A DNA stretch of 63,993 nt, filler included, from Sphacelaria rigidula (Eukaryota): NCBI GenBank assembly GCA_964200075.2. It is 3 parts of 3 records of this genome, joined end to end, with 100 filler letters (N's around TTAATTAATTAA, not from the genome) between each part and the next. Parts side by side here need not be neighbours in the genome. Positions count along the whole stretch, not along the records: positions 1 to 21,294 come from CAXNAA020000441.1; positions 21,395 to 42,687 come from CAXNAA020000442.1; 1 more part is not named here. The stretch is one strand, 5' to 3'. The position numbers were made by a program, and so were the translations under genes. Positions 12,060-26,035 of this stretch are shown in pieces; position 1 is the stretch's first letter; every line of letters begins with the position of its first letter. A model generated the notes under the pieces. That model saw nothing but the letters and a program-made list of their open reading frames with translations. It ran no database searches and was not told the DNA's origin.

Positions 12060-15000
12060 ATAAAGGCTAACGCTTGCGGGACTGGAGTAAGAACAGGCGA
12101 GGATGACTGCAAACTAGTGGGGGCATACGGCCGTGACTCTCTAACCAACGACGACAACGGTACATATTCTCTATAATGTCGAGTGACAACATGATTGCAC
12201 TTATCAACCCGTTTTTTCCACCCCAAGGGAGGCACAACGCCTACGTTCAACGGTATTGCGAATCGTCCGGTGGACAAAAACGCATTGACTACATCCTCCG
12301 TGGCAAAATCCTCGCAGCCTTGTTCGTAATGTCACCGTCCACCTTCAACCACTCAACTCGCAAGACTCCGACCAGAAGGTTGTATGCGCCTTAGTACGGC
12401 TCCTCGGTTTCTTTGCACGTAACAGACCTCGGCGAACCCCTATCGGGGACCAACCGATCGACAGGCGGGCAATGACACCAATGGACGTGAAGAACTCACC
12501 TAGCTCATCGTCAGCGGGCTCAATCAGAGTAGAACTGGCGGTAAGTCAGTACATTCACTGCGAATTTTGCTGATATGGTGGTACACCGTCAGTTCCGACA
12601 GCCACGTATACCGGGGTGGTTCGAGGATGCACAAAACAGAGTCCGGACAGGTCCGGTGTTAGAGGGAAAGGGCGAGGTCGACGGTGCGACTAGGACCGAG
12701 AGATAGCCCCGCATGGCGCATATTGCACGTATCGCGCAGGAAACTCGAAAAGGCGGCCCAAACTGGGGTGGACAGGTACCTGGCCGTGTATGCGACATGA
12801 CTGGAGAAGTACATAAAAGTTGGGGACATGAGAGGATGATACAGGCACCTGAAAGGGGGTTGGAGTCTGGTAGGACGAAGCGTAGATAATGAGCAGCAGT
12901 ACATGAAGGACGAGGGCGAGAACCTATTGCGGGAAAAAGGTCCAATTTGTGAGAGATGGGGACGATACTTCTTCACGTTACTGAATGCCATGTCGGCAAT
13001 CATCGACCGAGTCGTCATCGAGGACATTACGCAACGACCGATAGCGTTGTCACATGGAGACCGGCCAAGCCCAACTGAAACTGGGGAAGCCCTGAGAGCT
13101 GTGGCTACCAGGAAAGTCACGGTGCCGGATAGTCTATTTGCTGATCTCCTCAAACTTGGATTGATCGGGGAGCCTTCAGAGATTCTGTACCACTTCCATA
13201 GCACCATTGCTGCGGTCTGAACATCTAGCGAGGTGCCGCAGGAGTGGAAATATGCCACTATCGAAGTTCTACACAACGAGAAGGATAGGGTCGAATGTGG
13301 TACCTATAGGGATATCTCAACCGTGGTACATAGTGGTAGAGTTCTCCTTGAGATCGTAGCCAATTGGCTCGGTAGTCTCTGCCAGGATGCAGGAATCTTT
13401 CTAGAAAAGCAGTGCGGATTTCGGCGCCAAGGATCGATCACCGACATGATATCGTGGCAGGCCAATCAAAGGAGTTGGGACGGGCGAGCAACATTTTTCA
13501 CTAAACATGCGCTTCATCGGCCTGCAGAAGGCCCATGACTCTGTAGACCACACGCTCCTGTGGGAAAGTGCATGCCCGGTTCGGAGTGCCACCGCAGAAC
13601 ATCATGGCCATCCGTATGTTTCACGACGGCATGCGAGCTCGGATACAGCTGGATGATGACGAAATATCAGCGTCGTTCCACGTCTACCACGGACTCAGGC
13701 AATGATGCCTTTCGTCCTTGCTATTGGTCAACAACTTCAGCGCTACCTTGGTCTACGTGATCCTACAGCAGTTCGCGACAGACCCAACGATCGTCCTAGA
13801 TCTGGTATATATAGGTGATGCGCCAAAAATTCACGAGAGTCATACTACCATCCGGGGGTGGGTGGGGGGGTTGACTTCACGAAAAAAGGGCTCATGAGTG
13901 TGCCAGACGACCCAATACACCCGCGGTTGGCTTGTATTTGGGTGAAAACGGCGTCAAGCGGTATGCGTGAGTGTGCTTTTTCAGACACAAGCGTGTTCGA
14001 ACAACCGTCACTGCTTTCAACGATGATTTGAAGTGGAATTTCGCGGAAGAAATAGCTCAACCCTCCCCCACCCTCCACCCCTATCGTGGGGTGACGCACG
14101 ATGGTGAACCCCTGGAAGAGTGCCATTGAAGAAGGTGCGGTGCGCGGTGTAGGGAAGGCTGCATCCGGATGACGCTGGCATAGTTTCGAGGTCCGCAGAA
14201 AGACTTACTAGAATGATGGTCATGGTAGTGGTGACCTGTCAGGAGTTTGGATTGACGGTATCGGGGAGTCAGACATAGTCCGTGTGCCTGTGGTCGGTAC
14301 CTAGCTCCATAGAGACAGCCCTGCACATCTGCGCGGCAGGTCGACGATATAAGCACATACCAATTTTGTCTACCTGGTGACGCTTCCAGATCGGATGCGA
14401 TGATTCCATCGAAATCAATCGCCACATCAGTGCTGCTTGGGCACGTCTCCGAACGTACAATTCTCAACTCTGCGATCGACCCAACACCCAGCTATCGTTG
14501 TAAATCTGGCCGTTTAAAGCGGAGGTGGTGAAAGCCAATTTGTGCGTATGTGCTACATAGGCGCTGCGTCCCGAGGACTACGAGAGTCTGCGCGCTGCCC
14601 ACCCGAAGCTATTGCTGCGAACGATCGGATTCCGTAGGAAGGAGTGAGCTGATCACAGGACGCTTTCTTCCAGATGTGTGCTCTAGATGATGGCCAACTG
14701 CGAACGTATCAAGACGACCATCCGTCAGCATCAACGCTGCTTTGCGGGGGGCCTTGTCCGGCAGGACGCATCATGTTCGAATGGTCAGTGCCCCCCCCCC
14801 CCAAAACACTTGGGGGATCATCTCCAGGAGAACCTGTATGCACTAGGAGCTCTCCCACGCAAAGGATTACGACGGGGAATAGCTCGTCTGCGATGTGGAG
14901 GTCAAATACGCAAATGCGTGGGTCACTGCGACGAAGAACATGGGCGAACGGAATCTCGAAGAAGAGAAAGGGCGGGAAGAGTTCGAGGAGCCGTGGCGAC

Positions 15001-15780
15001 GCGAACACAAACGCCAATTGGACCTTCGCCACAAACGAGAGGCTGCTGCGTTGAGAGCTGCCAATCGGAGATCCGTCACCGCTAACACAACAACAACAGC
15101 TCGTGAGATATCAAGGAGGGAAATGGTCGAGAGAGCGTCTCGCTTTGTTCCCGAGTAGAGATGAGTGGCAGAGGCTGGGTTGACATGGAAACTGCTCCAC
15201 CCCCGTCTGCTCACATCGGATGTCGACTTCTTCCTTGGTCGGTGATATTTCGGTGTCCCGTGGTCGTGCGTTTGTACATACCTCTACTGTGTCCGTGGGT
15301 CTCACTCCTCCCTTGGCTTCCTTCTTCTCTTTTTTCCTCATCTTTTTCTCGACACTCTATGCCTGTCTCTATCTGTCTGTCTGTCTATGTTTCTACTCTT
15401 CCGATGTACGCAAGTCGCCGTTTGGTGCCGCTCCGGCAGGGCTCATGGGTAAAAGCTTGTATCCAAAAGTAGTGTGACCGAAATACAGTAGCCGAGCCGC
15501 AATCTGTTCCAACGGCGTTTTTGTTCTCCATTGGGTATGAGTGCATGCGCGTTTTTGCGCAAGACCTTGTCCACCTGAAGTCATGTTACAGAGGCCGGCC
15601 ATTTCTATATTTTTTGTTTTTTCCGCCTAGTTTTATTCCTCTGTCTGTTTTATCTCTATACTTTCTTCACTTCATTTTTTTTCAGCGAGCATTTCCGTTT
15701 TTGTTGATTTTGGTACGTCGATATCGTGGATAATGACCATGGCCGAGTCCCTCGGGGATAAATTGATGTGCGACAATCAA
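12060..15780 (+). mobile_element. Decayed RTE-clade LINE: APE endonuclease C-part, reverse transcriptase, 3' UTR
   Basis: Endonuclease: GAYGRD..NDDNG, RIDYIL, DSDQ. RT: VPQEWKYATI..YRDIS, EKQCGFR..SITDMI, LQKAHDSVD, GLRQ, HPDDAG (YADD equivalent), FVYL. Many stops and frameshifts; tail ends GCGACAATCAA. Confidence 0.9.
13854..14081. mobile_element. Small TIR element inserted in the RTE RT domain
   Basis: G-rich inverted ends GGGGGTGGGTGGGGGGGGTTGA / TCAACCCTCCCCCACCCTCCACCCC. RT homology resumes after it. Confidence 0.55.
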
Positions 15781-17455
15781 TTATTTCAAGTTTTTTGTTC
15801 GGTTTCTTCTCCTTTTATTTTATTTTATTTTTTTCTGCTTGATTTTGCTTTGTTTCTGTTTTTTGTTGTTGTCTTCGTCTCCGTCTTCGTCTTCGTTTTT
15901 TTTTTATTGCTTTTGTTTCTCAGTTTTATCCTTTCGCCTTTTTTTTTTCTGCAAGCGTTTCCGTTTTGTTCACCTCGGGTACATCCATCTGTTGCGTCTT
16001 GTAACCATGGCTGGCTCTCTCGGAGATCAGTTAATGTGCGATAATCGATAAAAAAACAATCAATCAACCATCGAATGTACAGTGACTATATACACCACTA
16101 CCTCGTATACGTGAGCGATCGCAACGGACCACACAATGTACACTGTTACCATAAAGACGATAATACCCACATGATTACTGCTATGCACGAATGTGTCCCA
16201 CCACAAGCTGCCTGTAAAAACATGACTACACGGGAACGATAGGGCGATAGCTGGGGGTCAAATTACATTACTCTATAAGCCAGGCTTTCGATTTTTGTTC
16301 TCCCGTATTTTCGTTTTGACTTCATAGGGATAATAATGGTTCATGTGACTGTTTTACTTTTGGGGCAAAACCGCGCACGTATTGCTTTCACAACGACACT
16401 CGAGCTGCCACCAAATCCGAATGTCGTCCGCGGTCAGACCCGCTACAAGATGGTCAATACATCGATGTATAGATTGCATGTACGCTACGGTGGCAGTATC
16501 AGTGAGGAAATCCTGCCGAATCAGCAGCCTTGAGTCTCAAAACATTCGGCGGTCCCTGTACCTGACTTTGGCGGCAAGTCATCGATCGCCAAAATATTTG
16601 TTGGCCCTGCGCACTTTAAACGCCTGAGATGCGGGGCGCCGCCGCAGCACCATATCTTTACCCCCCTGGTATATAGCTTAGCACAATCAGTCGAGTGATG
16701 CCGCGATAGCCCTCACCCCGAACCAACCCCCAACCTGCCACGAAGAAAATGGCCATACAGCGTATAGTATGATAGCTGACTTCAGACGTCATGAAGCCCC
16801 TTATATGGGTAACACTCGGCGAAAACGATCTCACGCATGGGAGTTCTCCGCTGCCCGGTGTGCTCGGCGTTCGTCGATGTAGTTCGCATGTAGATTGTGT
16901 CTCCCCAAACCTGCCATTTTTGTCGGGGGGGGGGGGGGGGTTACCCCGGCCTCCCCCGATGCACGTTTTGGTGCCCCCGCCCGGATCCNNNNNNNNNNGG
17001 CGGGCCCTCGCGGTGGCGGGGGGGGGGGGGGCTGTGGGGTGGTCGGCTCCTCGGTTGTCCCCCCCCCGCTCCCTGGTGGGGGGGGGGGGGGGGGGGGGGG
17101 GGGGACTATCGCGGCATCACTCGATGCATCGTTTGCTGCCTCCGCACGGATACCTCGTCAAAGACAACACTCTTTACCGCTGAGATGTACAAGGTAAACT
17201 CACCGGTTCGCATTATTCCCGTGGCACATTGATCAAGTAGGAGGAAACCTTCTCTCAACGACCAAAATACGTTACTGATAACGTCAAACCCTCTCTCGGT
17301 CTCCCCCCACCCGTTCCCTTTTTTCCCCTCGACATGGTCCACACGCACCTCCGACTGCTGCGCTCGCTGCCGGCTAGGCACATCGCATAGCGCTACAAAC
17401 GGTCAGAGGGGAGACCGACACCTCAGGGCCGTCGCGTATACACTTAGCGCGCGGA

Positions 17456-17670
17456 ACAGACGCCAAAAAAGCTCTACTGAAGGTACTTTTTCAACATAGG
17501 GAGGGTATCTAGGGAGTAGTTGTGGTTAGGTAACTCTCTGGGGGAACATAATCTTCCGCTGGGCGCAACAGACGACAAAAAGCTCTACTAAAGGTAGTTT
17601 TTCAACATTGGGAGGGTATCTAAGGAGTAGTTGTGGTGAGCTAACTCTCTAGAGGAAAATAAGCTTCCGC
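17456..17670. repeat. Tandem duplication of a ~110-bp unit
   Basis: AACAGACG..AAAAGCTCTACT.AAGGTA...CTTCCGCT at 17456-17560 and 17567-17670. Confidence 0.9.
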
Positions 17671-17996
17671 TCCTGGCACAATTTAATGCCAGTAACAACG
17701 TCAATATATTTTGACAACAGACAGGATCGACCAGTTCCACCCGTAGCGCGGAATATTAACCGCAAAGGTTTCAATGGTTATACGTAGCTCTAGCACAGGA
17801 GACGGGAGGATACTGAGAGGGTGGAGCGCACAGCGTCCCGTCGACATATACCCTACAGTACCAGGATCACCCCCCGAAGAAGCATATCTACGGCCCGGTA
17901 TCCACGTATTTCAGAAGGACAAGCACCCTGGCGAAAACACGCACACACACAAATGGAAAGAAGAATGTTTGAAACTTACGAACTGCTCTCAATTTA

Positions 17997-19388
17997 GGCG
18001 AAATCCAATCAGCAAACCGTGGTACAACTCCCCCCCCCCGTATCGCTGGATGACTCAATGTAGGCGTACTGTAGTCAAACCTCCTCCTGAGTACACGTAT
18101 CTACTCACAAAACGCGTCAAGATCTTGCGAGAGCAGGGTCGATCCTCCGTTGCTCTCAGGCTGTTGACGTTTGAGCGAAAGCGCCGGCACTCGTCGCTTT
18201 TCCTCTCATCAGAGTTCGCGGATTTTTCTTTTGATTCTGTCAAGTTCGGTAAGCAGATCGTCTATTCTGTTCTGGCTTAGTCGATCACTATCATTTACGG
18301 ATGGTTTGTCGCGCTACATTGAAAGGAGAGAACCCAGATAAGAAAAAACCCGGATTCGTGTTCCCCTACGCCGCATTTTTCTCGTTCCGGTGCTACGGCG
18401 TGCGTTCCACTAGTTCTTCCCTGTGATTGATGTTTCGAGTGTTCTTTTGGAAAATAACATAAATGTACGAGTGCAACAGAGAGAGACGGGGGATTGTTCT
18501 GTGCGCTGCGGGATCTCTTTGGATTAACTCGGTATTCCTGAAGATACTGTGCCAAATGGTTGTGGTTAGACTCAAAGACTCTTGGTACAGACTGTCTGCG
18601 GACACTTCTTTCACCATCGTTATCGTGCTATCGCAGGAGGGCCAACTAGACTACGTGGAGAAGTGCAACCGTAAGCTGGTGGACAAGATGATGATGATCA
18701 TGCAGGCAAGTTCATCTACACGTCCGATCTGCCTGTTCAACCGCACGTGTTTCCCATGCAGTTTCACGACTGAAATCATTGTCACATGTGCCGTTGCTAT
18801 TGTTGCCCCTACCTCCAACGACATGTGCAAGGATACCGCCCGCGAGTTCCGGGATGACGACAGACAGTTACTGCGTCATTTACAACATATCGATAACCTA
18901 GTGCGCGCTCTCGACGCCTGACGTTGCTGTTCGATAGCAAAGCCCTGTGACAGAGGCTGGTGACATGACATGTGCGAAGTGTTACACGGGACTCTGCTTC
19001 ATACCCAGATACGAGTAACGTGGCATACCACGGAGTTCGCGCACGAGCCGTACGGCCCCAGACGCATCTCTTGTCGTCATTTGACCTTCATCAATCCCGT
19101 TTAATGAGTAACTTACACCATGGTGTAACGCGTATGTGGCTGCTGTTGTCTGCGTCCCCGTCACGTTCCGCGGAGGCAGGGGTTGTGCGGAACAGTAGTA
19201 TCTGAGCTCTCCGGCCCGGAGTTCAATCCTGGCACCCTCAACCATCGCCTGAGGAAGCGTGAGATGCGGCGGATAGACCGCGCCAACCTGGCGCTCATGC
19301 ATCGCATTGAGAGAGCGTCCTCCAGCTACAGCAAGGAGAAAATCAAGCCCAAGCACTTCCAGGAGCCGCACATGGGCCTGTTTCCAAG
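17997..19388 (+). CDS. CFAP97/KIAA1430 (hemingway)-domain flagellar protein; exons ~17997-18135, 18637-18705, 19180-19388
   Basis: TVVKPPPEYTYLLTKRVKILREQ / EGQLDYVEKCNRKLVDKMMMIMQ / GTLNHRLRKREMRRIDRANLALMHRIERASSSYS match the family's PP-Y-L, N-LL-KM and LN-RK-E-RI-N blocks. Splice sites fit exons 2-3; the first exon's limits are uncertain. Confidence 0.7.
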
Positions 19389-20507
19389 GTACAACGTCTG
19401 TGCGAGTCCCATGGGCAGCGCCGTTTTCATTTGTCGATTCCTTTGCACTTACTTCTGCACGCGTACGACAGGAGATACTTTTCCCTTCCTTTTGGAAAGG
19501 ATATAGCAGTGCCTTCAATCTGTAACGCAGGTGACAACCCTGTCCCGGTCACACTGAGAACAGTGTAGTGAATGGTGTACAATGATCTGAGCCTGTCACA
19601 CGTGTGTCCTTATTTTTCGACTTTGATGAAAAATATGGCAAGAGACGCTCACATGCGACAAAAGGAGCGCGGCAGCGCGCTTTCGAGTAACGGAGTCATA
19701 GGTTTCTGCACCCTAGAAGATGGAGGATCACACAGCAAACCATGTTGGTGGAGTTATTTTAAGCTTACGCTTTGGCGACGTAAAACCTTACGCAAAGTGC
19801 CCCCCCCGGAATGTACCACTATTGTACTCGTACTCTCGCGATGGCGAATGGAGCCGGCGTATTCTGGATTGGAAAGCAATCGCTACAGTCACTGAAGGAG
19901 ATTTCAACGGAGCCGGGCTCGCTTAGTTTGCGTCAGTGGTCGATATCGTCGATGTGCTCGAGTAGACTTGTTACTGAAGTAGTTGTAATCAGAACACCCA
20001 CCGGTGCAGTACAATATCATGCGCAAACCCACGGTAATCGGGGTTTCCAAGCTGAAGCCGGTGGGGAGATACGAACGAATCTCTGACAGTGACAGTGAGG
20101 GTTTCTGCATATGGGAAAAAAACGACTTGAGACGAGGATTTCCCGTGCATACGCAAAACATCCAAAGTTGATCTAAAATATGGTTTATTTAATGACTCAA
20201 TCCGAGTGCATACTGCGTGAGTCTGTAGCATTTCCCCCATCCATCTATGCGTACACGTGGAGAAGTGATGTCAAGAGTATGGCTAAGTATCGCACGTTCC
20301 TAGGGCCGCGGGTCACATTTGCCTTCAACATTGTTACAACAGCACCCAACGATCGCCCTCACCCTCGAATACAGAACCGAGCACAGCTTGAAGTCGACAT
20401 CGGCGACAAAGTCTAGAAAGAACGGATGCTACGGGAGACCACAGAGGTCCAAAACCTCACCGTCGACGACTACGCTTGTCCAACCAGGCGAGTTAATCAC
20501 TTGTAGT

Positions 20508-20818
20508 GCCGCCGCGTCCCGGTGGTGTAATGGTCCGACTGTCGCCATCAGGGTGAAGAGAACAAGGGTTCGATTCCCGATGCGTTGGACTTTTTCTTCG
20601 TAATATCTTATATCCACCGTGGAAAGCGTGATAACGTGAGTGAACAAAGTAGTCGACTGAGTTGGTTTGACGTGAGTTGACGCGGTGCAGGAGTGCTGAC
20701 AGAATACGCGAGACCAAAATGAAAGGCGTGTACCGGGGGAAAGATGGGATGATCCTTTGAGAACACGGACTCGTCCCGAGGAAGCCGAAGGGTTCAAAGT
20801 GCGACAAATAAATAAAAC
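20508..20818 (+). mobile_element. tRNA-derived SINE family A, copy 2
   Basis: A box TGGTGTAATGG, B box GGTTCGATTCC, body shared with 1377 and 32301. Confidence 0.8.
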
Positions 20819-21294
20819 AGCTGCAGGGAGATGCGGATGTTTTCCTTTTGTCATGTCCTTTTCCTCATTTTTCAGTGCACTCTGCTTGTGCTCTCTCTCT
20901 CCCTCTCTGCGTGTTTTCGATTTCCCCCCTCTCCCGAGGTCCCTTTGTAACGAGTGTTTTCGATTTCTTTGCCTTAAATACGTCTATCGTGTGGATAATG
21001 ACCACCACTGGGTTCCAAAGGGATCAGTTACCGTCCCACACTCAATCGGTCAATCATTTCACGTGAGCACAACAATCGGCATTGTATACACGACACCTAA
21101 TATCTACACACGTCTTGGGTATATTGTAGAACTGATCGTGACTGTCGACGTGTAGAGAGAGTCTGATATACCTCGGGTATCCCGATACCCGCCCTACATC
21201 CCTGAGAGGACTTAGGTGAGAGAGTATGTTATAAACATTCTAGCACTTTAAGAACAGTTCCGTTAACAGATCCCCACCCCCCCCCACCACCCCC

Positions 21295-21394
21295 NNNNNN
21301 NNNNNNNNNNNNNNNNNNNNNNNNNNNNNNNNNNNNNNTTAATTAATTAANNNNNNNNNNNNNNNNNNNNNNNNNNNNNNNNNNNNNNNNNNNN
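21295..21394. other. Artificial scaffold spacer
   Basis: N44-TTAATTAATTAA-N44 (stop codons in all six frames). Confidence 0.97.
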
Positions 21395-23126
21395 AGATAG
21401 GCAAGATCCAATCTGAGTTGCGTGGTTCCTACCGTAGGTTTGACCGTATCGGAATAAAAGTGTCACGGTAATTAGGTAGCCAGCGAAGTCTGGTGTGAAA
21501 CGTGTCCCCGATCGGTAGAGGTCCCTGCGTGCCTAACACTGATACATCTTTGCGTCTGCGATATACACCGAAAGAAAGGAAGAGAGAAGATAATAAAGGA
21601 CAAAACAGGAAAAGATAGGTGACACACGGAGAGTAGTATGGCCACCATGTTAGGGGTTCAGCTCAATAACAAAAAAACAGAAACAACCCCGCCAGGCACC
21701 CTCAGGCGGCGGGCCCATGGGTACGGACCGAATTATATAACGCATAATAAAGTAATTTCAAGTAATTTCATTTAAATTCTTATCAGTCCCTCTACATTAT
21801 ATAACGCACTATATAACGCAAACTTGATATTATTATAGACTCCGTCACACTTGTGTTCACCGGGTCTTCTGATCCCCGCAACCACTACAGCCACCGCAGC
21901 CACAGTGCAGGACTGTACTGTGCTGCGGAAATATGGTATCCAGGACACCAACGGCCCCACAAGGAGTGCTTAGTCTTTCTGTATACGGGTTGGTGTACCC
22001 AACGTTCGCTATGAGCGTCGTCGTGCCTGCGGTATCGTTGCGCTGGCGGGGGTCGGCGTTGCAGTCTCTATTTTTACGCTTAGCTAGCTTTTGCCTCCTG
22101 TATCCTGCACGGCTTTGGATACGGGGCATGAGATGAGGCGGTGCCATCGCTGTCGCTGTGCGTTGTTTCATGCTCCCTGATGGCATAACCCCAGAAAAGG
22201 ACTATATCGGCATTAATACTGCTACTGTTTCTCTCCATTGTTGGCCGTCGTGCTTTTGTTCGGGATGGCTCGTGTTGATCGGTGCCATGCAAACAGTACT
22301 CACGCGATGCCCACCGCCTGGCCAGGGTTGGGGCATCTTATGCAGTAAAGATGCAGTCGGTACCGCGACAGAAATTGTTTCAGGATGCAATGGCGAAGAC
22401 GACCAAATACTCTACACACGGGACATCAGACAGCTAACGCAAACATGCATTCCTCTTGCGTGTGCGATCCCGTGCGCTAGAGCACTGCCCTCTTTCGAAG
22501 GTATACCGTATAAGCTCGTTTCATGATGACATGGTGCCTGTGAAAATATCATCGATATACTGAACTGTTCTGGGCTGTAGCTAGCTAGCGGAGGGAAATG
22601 AAGCCCAGACCGGGCCTGGACAGAAAAAAAACCCCAACAATTCAATCTTATTGACCTCTCTGCGGCACATGGGGCTTGAGTAGCGCACGTGTGTCCATCA
22701 ACACAGAAATCCAGGGATAAATCCGTTCGAGAATCATGGAAAACAACGAAAAAGTCGATGATTTTAGTTTAATTATTATATAACGACCCGTACCCATGAA
22801 CTCGGTGCCAACCTTTTCATAGGTCGCAAAGTTGCTGCCCACGTCACAGGGTTCACGAACAGAAACAAAAGTACTGCACTGGTGTACTGATGTGCATACC
22901 GTACCACGGTCTGTATTTTGTAGGCGGCCAGTACAACAGACAACAGACAACAGACCACAGACAGCATTCAGTACAACATCAACCGCAGAGCTCAATGCTT
23001 CTCCCCCAACTCTGAACGCCACAACCCCTCCTTTAGAAAGCAGGCTCTCTTCAGTCAGACCACCTAACCTCAGCGCCGTAGTTCCAGCTTCGTCGCTTTG
23101 CCGACCCAAACATTTTACATGGCTAC

Positions 23127-23731
23127 CCTGCGAACTCAGTCAGGTCGCGGGTGTGCGCATTGAGGACAACCTGAATATCGCAGCCCCACCGCCCCACCGC
23201 CGAACTCGAATAGGCGTAGGATAACCTGGACGTTTCGGCACAGCTACGGAGCTGGAACTGCGACGGCGAGCTGGTCTGACCTTACAAGCTATGGATACGG
23301 GGTCCAAAGGGAAGGTTGTGGTATTCATTGGCGAGGTGGGGGTATGTAGCTCGGTCGTGCCTTGCTGTGATTCAGACAGTACTACACAGGCTGTACCGAA
23401 CAGCAGTTTGAAATACCATCGAGTATTTTTCCCACCACACGCAGTGCCGTAACCTGAGTTCGCAGGGATGGCTAGAAGTTTCCGATTGGCATCGCTGCAA
23501 GAGGTGGAGCGGCGGGGGCGGTGTGTTGGTTCGACTGTATCAGCGCTACTGCCCAAAGGAGAGGTAATGGCATTCAGAGCTGGGAGGTGGGGCACGGAGA
23601 TCGGTGGTGGACTGCTGCGAGACAGGCTGTAGTGCTGTCTGTACTGGATAGTATACCGTAGAATTTCCCCCCCGTGAAACAACCTTCCTCAACCTGAGTC
23701 GGCAAGACAAGTACAACTTCGAGATTAAAAC
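23127..23731 (-). CDS. Three putative exons of an unknown gene (~23694-23731, ~23455-23638, ~23127-23280)
   Basis: AG/GT-bounded, phase-compatible reading VLISKLYLSCRLR|QHYSLSRSSPPP...LAIPANSG|QTSSPSQFQLRSCAETSRLSYAY...DLTEFA. No recognisable domain. Confidence 0.35.
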
Positions 23732-26035
23732 CTGCAACGCTGGAGGTGTGACAGTGAGCTGGTTTGACTGTGCAAACCATGCTGCCGAAAACGGAGGGTC
23801 ATGGAGTTCAGAGTCGAACGAGGGACATGGAGCTCGGCAGTTTGGTGTGTTTCACAGTCTAGAAGGAGGGACCTAGGGAGGTCTGACCGTACATCTGCGT
23901 TGCTTTCATTTTTTCATGTCCTGCAAGCCTGCACATGTATCAATTCACGCAACAACCTCAACCAAGTCATGTTGAATTCCCCCTCATATCACCCCGAGTT
24001 TTTTTATCTTTCCCACAGGTTCTAGACTCGGGTATTATATTCGCATATAGTAAACGCTATCCCTGCGGGAACCCTAAACTTACGTAGGCATTATCCATAG
24101 GTCTGTTTCTTTCTTCCCGGAACTGTCTGATAATTTCTGAAAACAGGGTGCAGCACATCTTCATCTTTACTCTTGAGTCTCGTGACTCAAGACCTTGTTC
24201 GTCACATGAGCCAAATTTCGTGCCTGAGGCATACCATAGTAGTGTTGGTCTCCTAGCCGGACTGCAAAAAACCACGACGATAGTGGTTCGCTCAGCACAA
24301 ACGCAGATCGGAAGATGGTAGGGAGTGATGCGAGGTAAGTTTAGAAGAAGGTAACACAGGCGATGATGCTTTCACGTGTGTTGCTCTACTTCAAAAACGC
24401 CCTGCACTGAGCGGACTATTTATGGTAGTTCCGGTTCTGACGAGACAAGATGAGAGTAGGTCATCATCCAAAGCAACTGCTCTCGTCTGCATTTTTCGTC
24501 ATCCGTCAAATCTCCTGTGCCCTTCCTCGGGATAAGTCTGTGGTCTCGAGGGATCGACCCATCTCTCCCCGGTACAGACAGTACACGCCTTGAATCTTGG
24601 TGTCACGGGTTGGATCATAACCACTCCCACGCCGCGTGGACTCTCGTCAAATGAACTATTTCGCTGCTCAAGTTTTAACGGTTTCGAAGACGGAATCAGA
24701 TTTTTTTTTTTTAAGAAGAACGAAACAAAACAAAACGCATCATCTGTCGGGAACCAAAGCTGCCTTTTCCCGACCTAACGGTGAAATTGTACCGAATTGG
24801 GTCACCGGAGAGCACAACGGCGACTGCGTTTGCGTTTTCATATGAAGAAGCGCCAAGAGGAGCCAGCCAAGGCTACGCCCGTGGGGTACTGATGCCAAGG
24901 CAATTTCAAGGCAGTGCTGTGTCAGTGTTGTCTTCACATCTACGCTCAAAGATCGTTGAAAAACGTACGAGGAAACAGCATCGAGAAGGGCGATCTCCTT
25001 TTCGGCAGGAAAAAAAAATGAAATATTCAAATCAGCGACACTCGATGAGGCCTTGCGTGCGTGCGTGCGTGCGACCTGCCGGATTTAATTCAAGCGCTTC
25101 TGATTTATTTTACCATGGCAACAATACATAACAAAATAATCGAGTTTGCGCCCCGCGGTCTATGTGAATGAAGCAGGCGTCATTATTCAATGCTTCAACC
25201 GCGACACGAGGGACGGTCGTATGATGTTACCTCAGAGACACACGATTGTAGTATTCTTTGGGTCGCTTGAGAACCCGGCTTTCCGTCGCAAAGTCGAACT
25301 GAGCGCGCGAAATATTGGACAAGCGCGCTAGAACCTCCCAGCAGTACGGCAGCAACTCATTATCGGATGGCGCAAATTGGCACTGAATCACCAAAATAAG
25401 CTTTGGAGACATTTCTTTGTTCACAAGAACCGGTTTCATAGGAGTTCTCCCTCCCTTGCTCCCATGCCAAGCAACAGCCCCGCAAAATGAACGGCAGGAT
25501 GATGCTGCCTACACGTGTACGGCGGTCCAAACTACAGCCAGTACCTTTCCTGTGATACTCCGTGAAACAAGGGGGCAGTCGGAAAGGCAACGGCGTGATC
25601 GACCGGTAGCCATTTACTGTAAATCTCCATCAACATTTTTTTACAACAACAGCGAGGATTGCCCGAGGTCGGCGACCGCACGTGATCTCAGCAGCACAAC
25701 CGACGCTGCCGACTCACACACCGTCGAAGAAGGCTGTACGAAGGGTAATCGGGAGGTGTGCATACAGTTGCTTACTCTGTCGTTCGGTGCGGTGCCGATA
25801 TGTTGCCCGCAGTGAATGTGCGAGTGATACCTCTCCAAACGAGCGATAAATAGCTATCCACCCGCCCCCGCGGCTCACCCGGTTGCACCATCAATTCAAT
25901 CGCGCCGCGGCATTTTTGTGCCATACTTGCGTCCTCTGCGCGATTCGATTGGCTATTCACATCAATGTACTTCAATGATGTTTTCTATCACGAGGCGTTA
26001 CACAGGTAACCACTCTTGAAAAAAAAGGTCCTATA

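Noticed and set aside
21339-21350. TTAATTAATTAA as a biological motif
   Set aside because: Synthetic six-frame stop linker centred in N runs, repeated identically at 42732.
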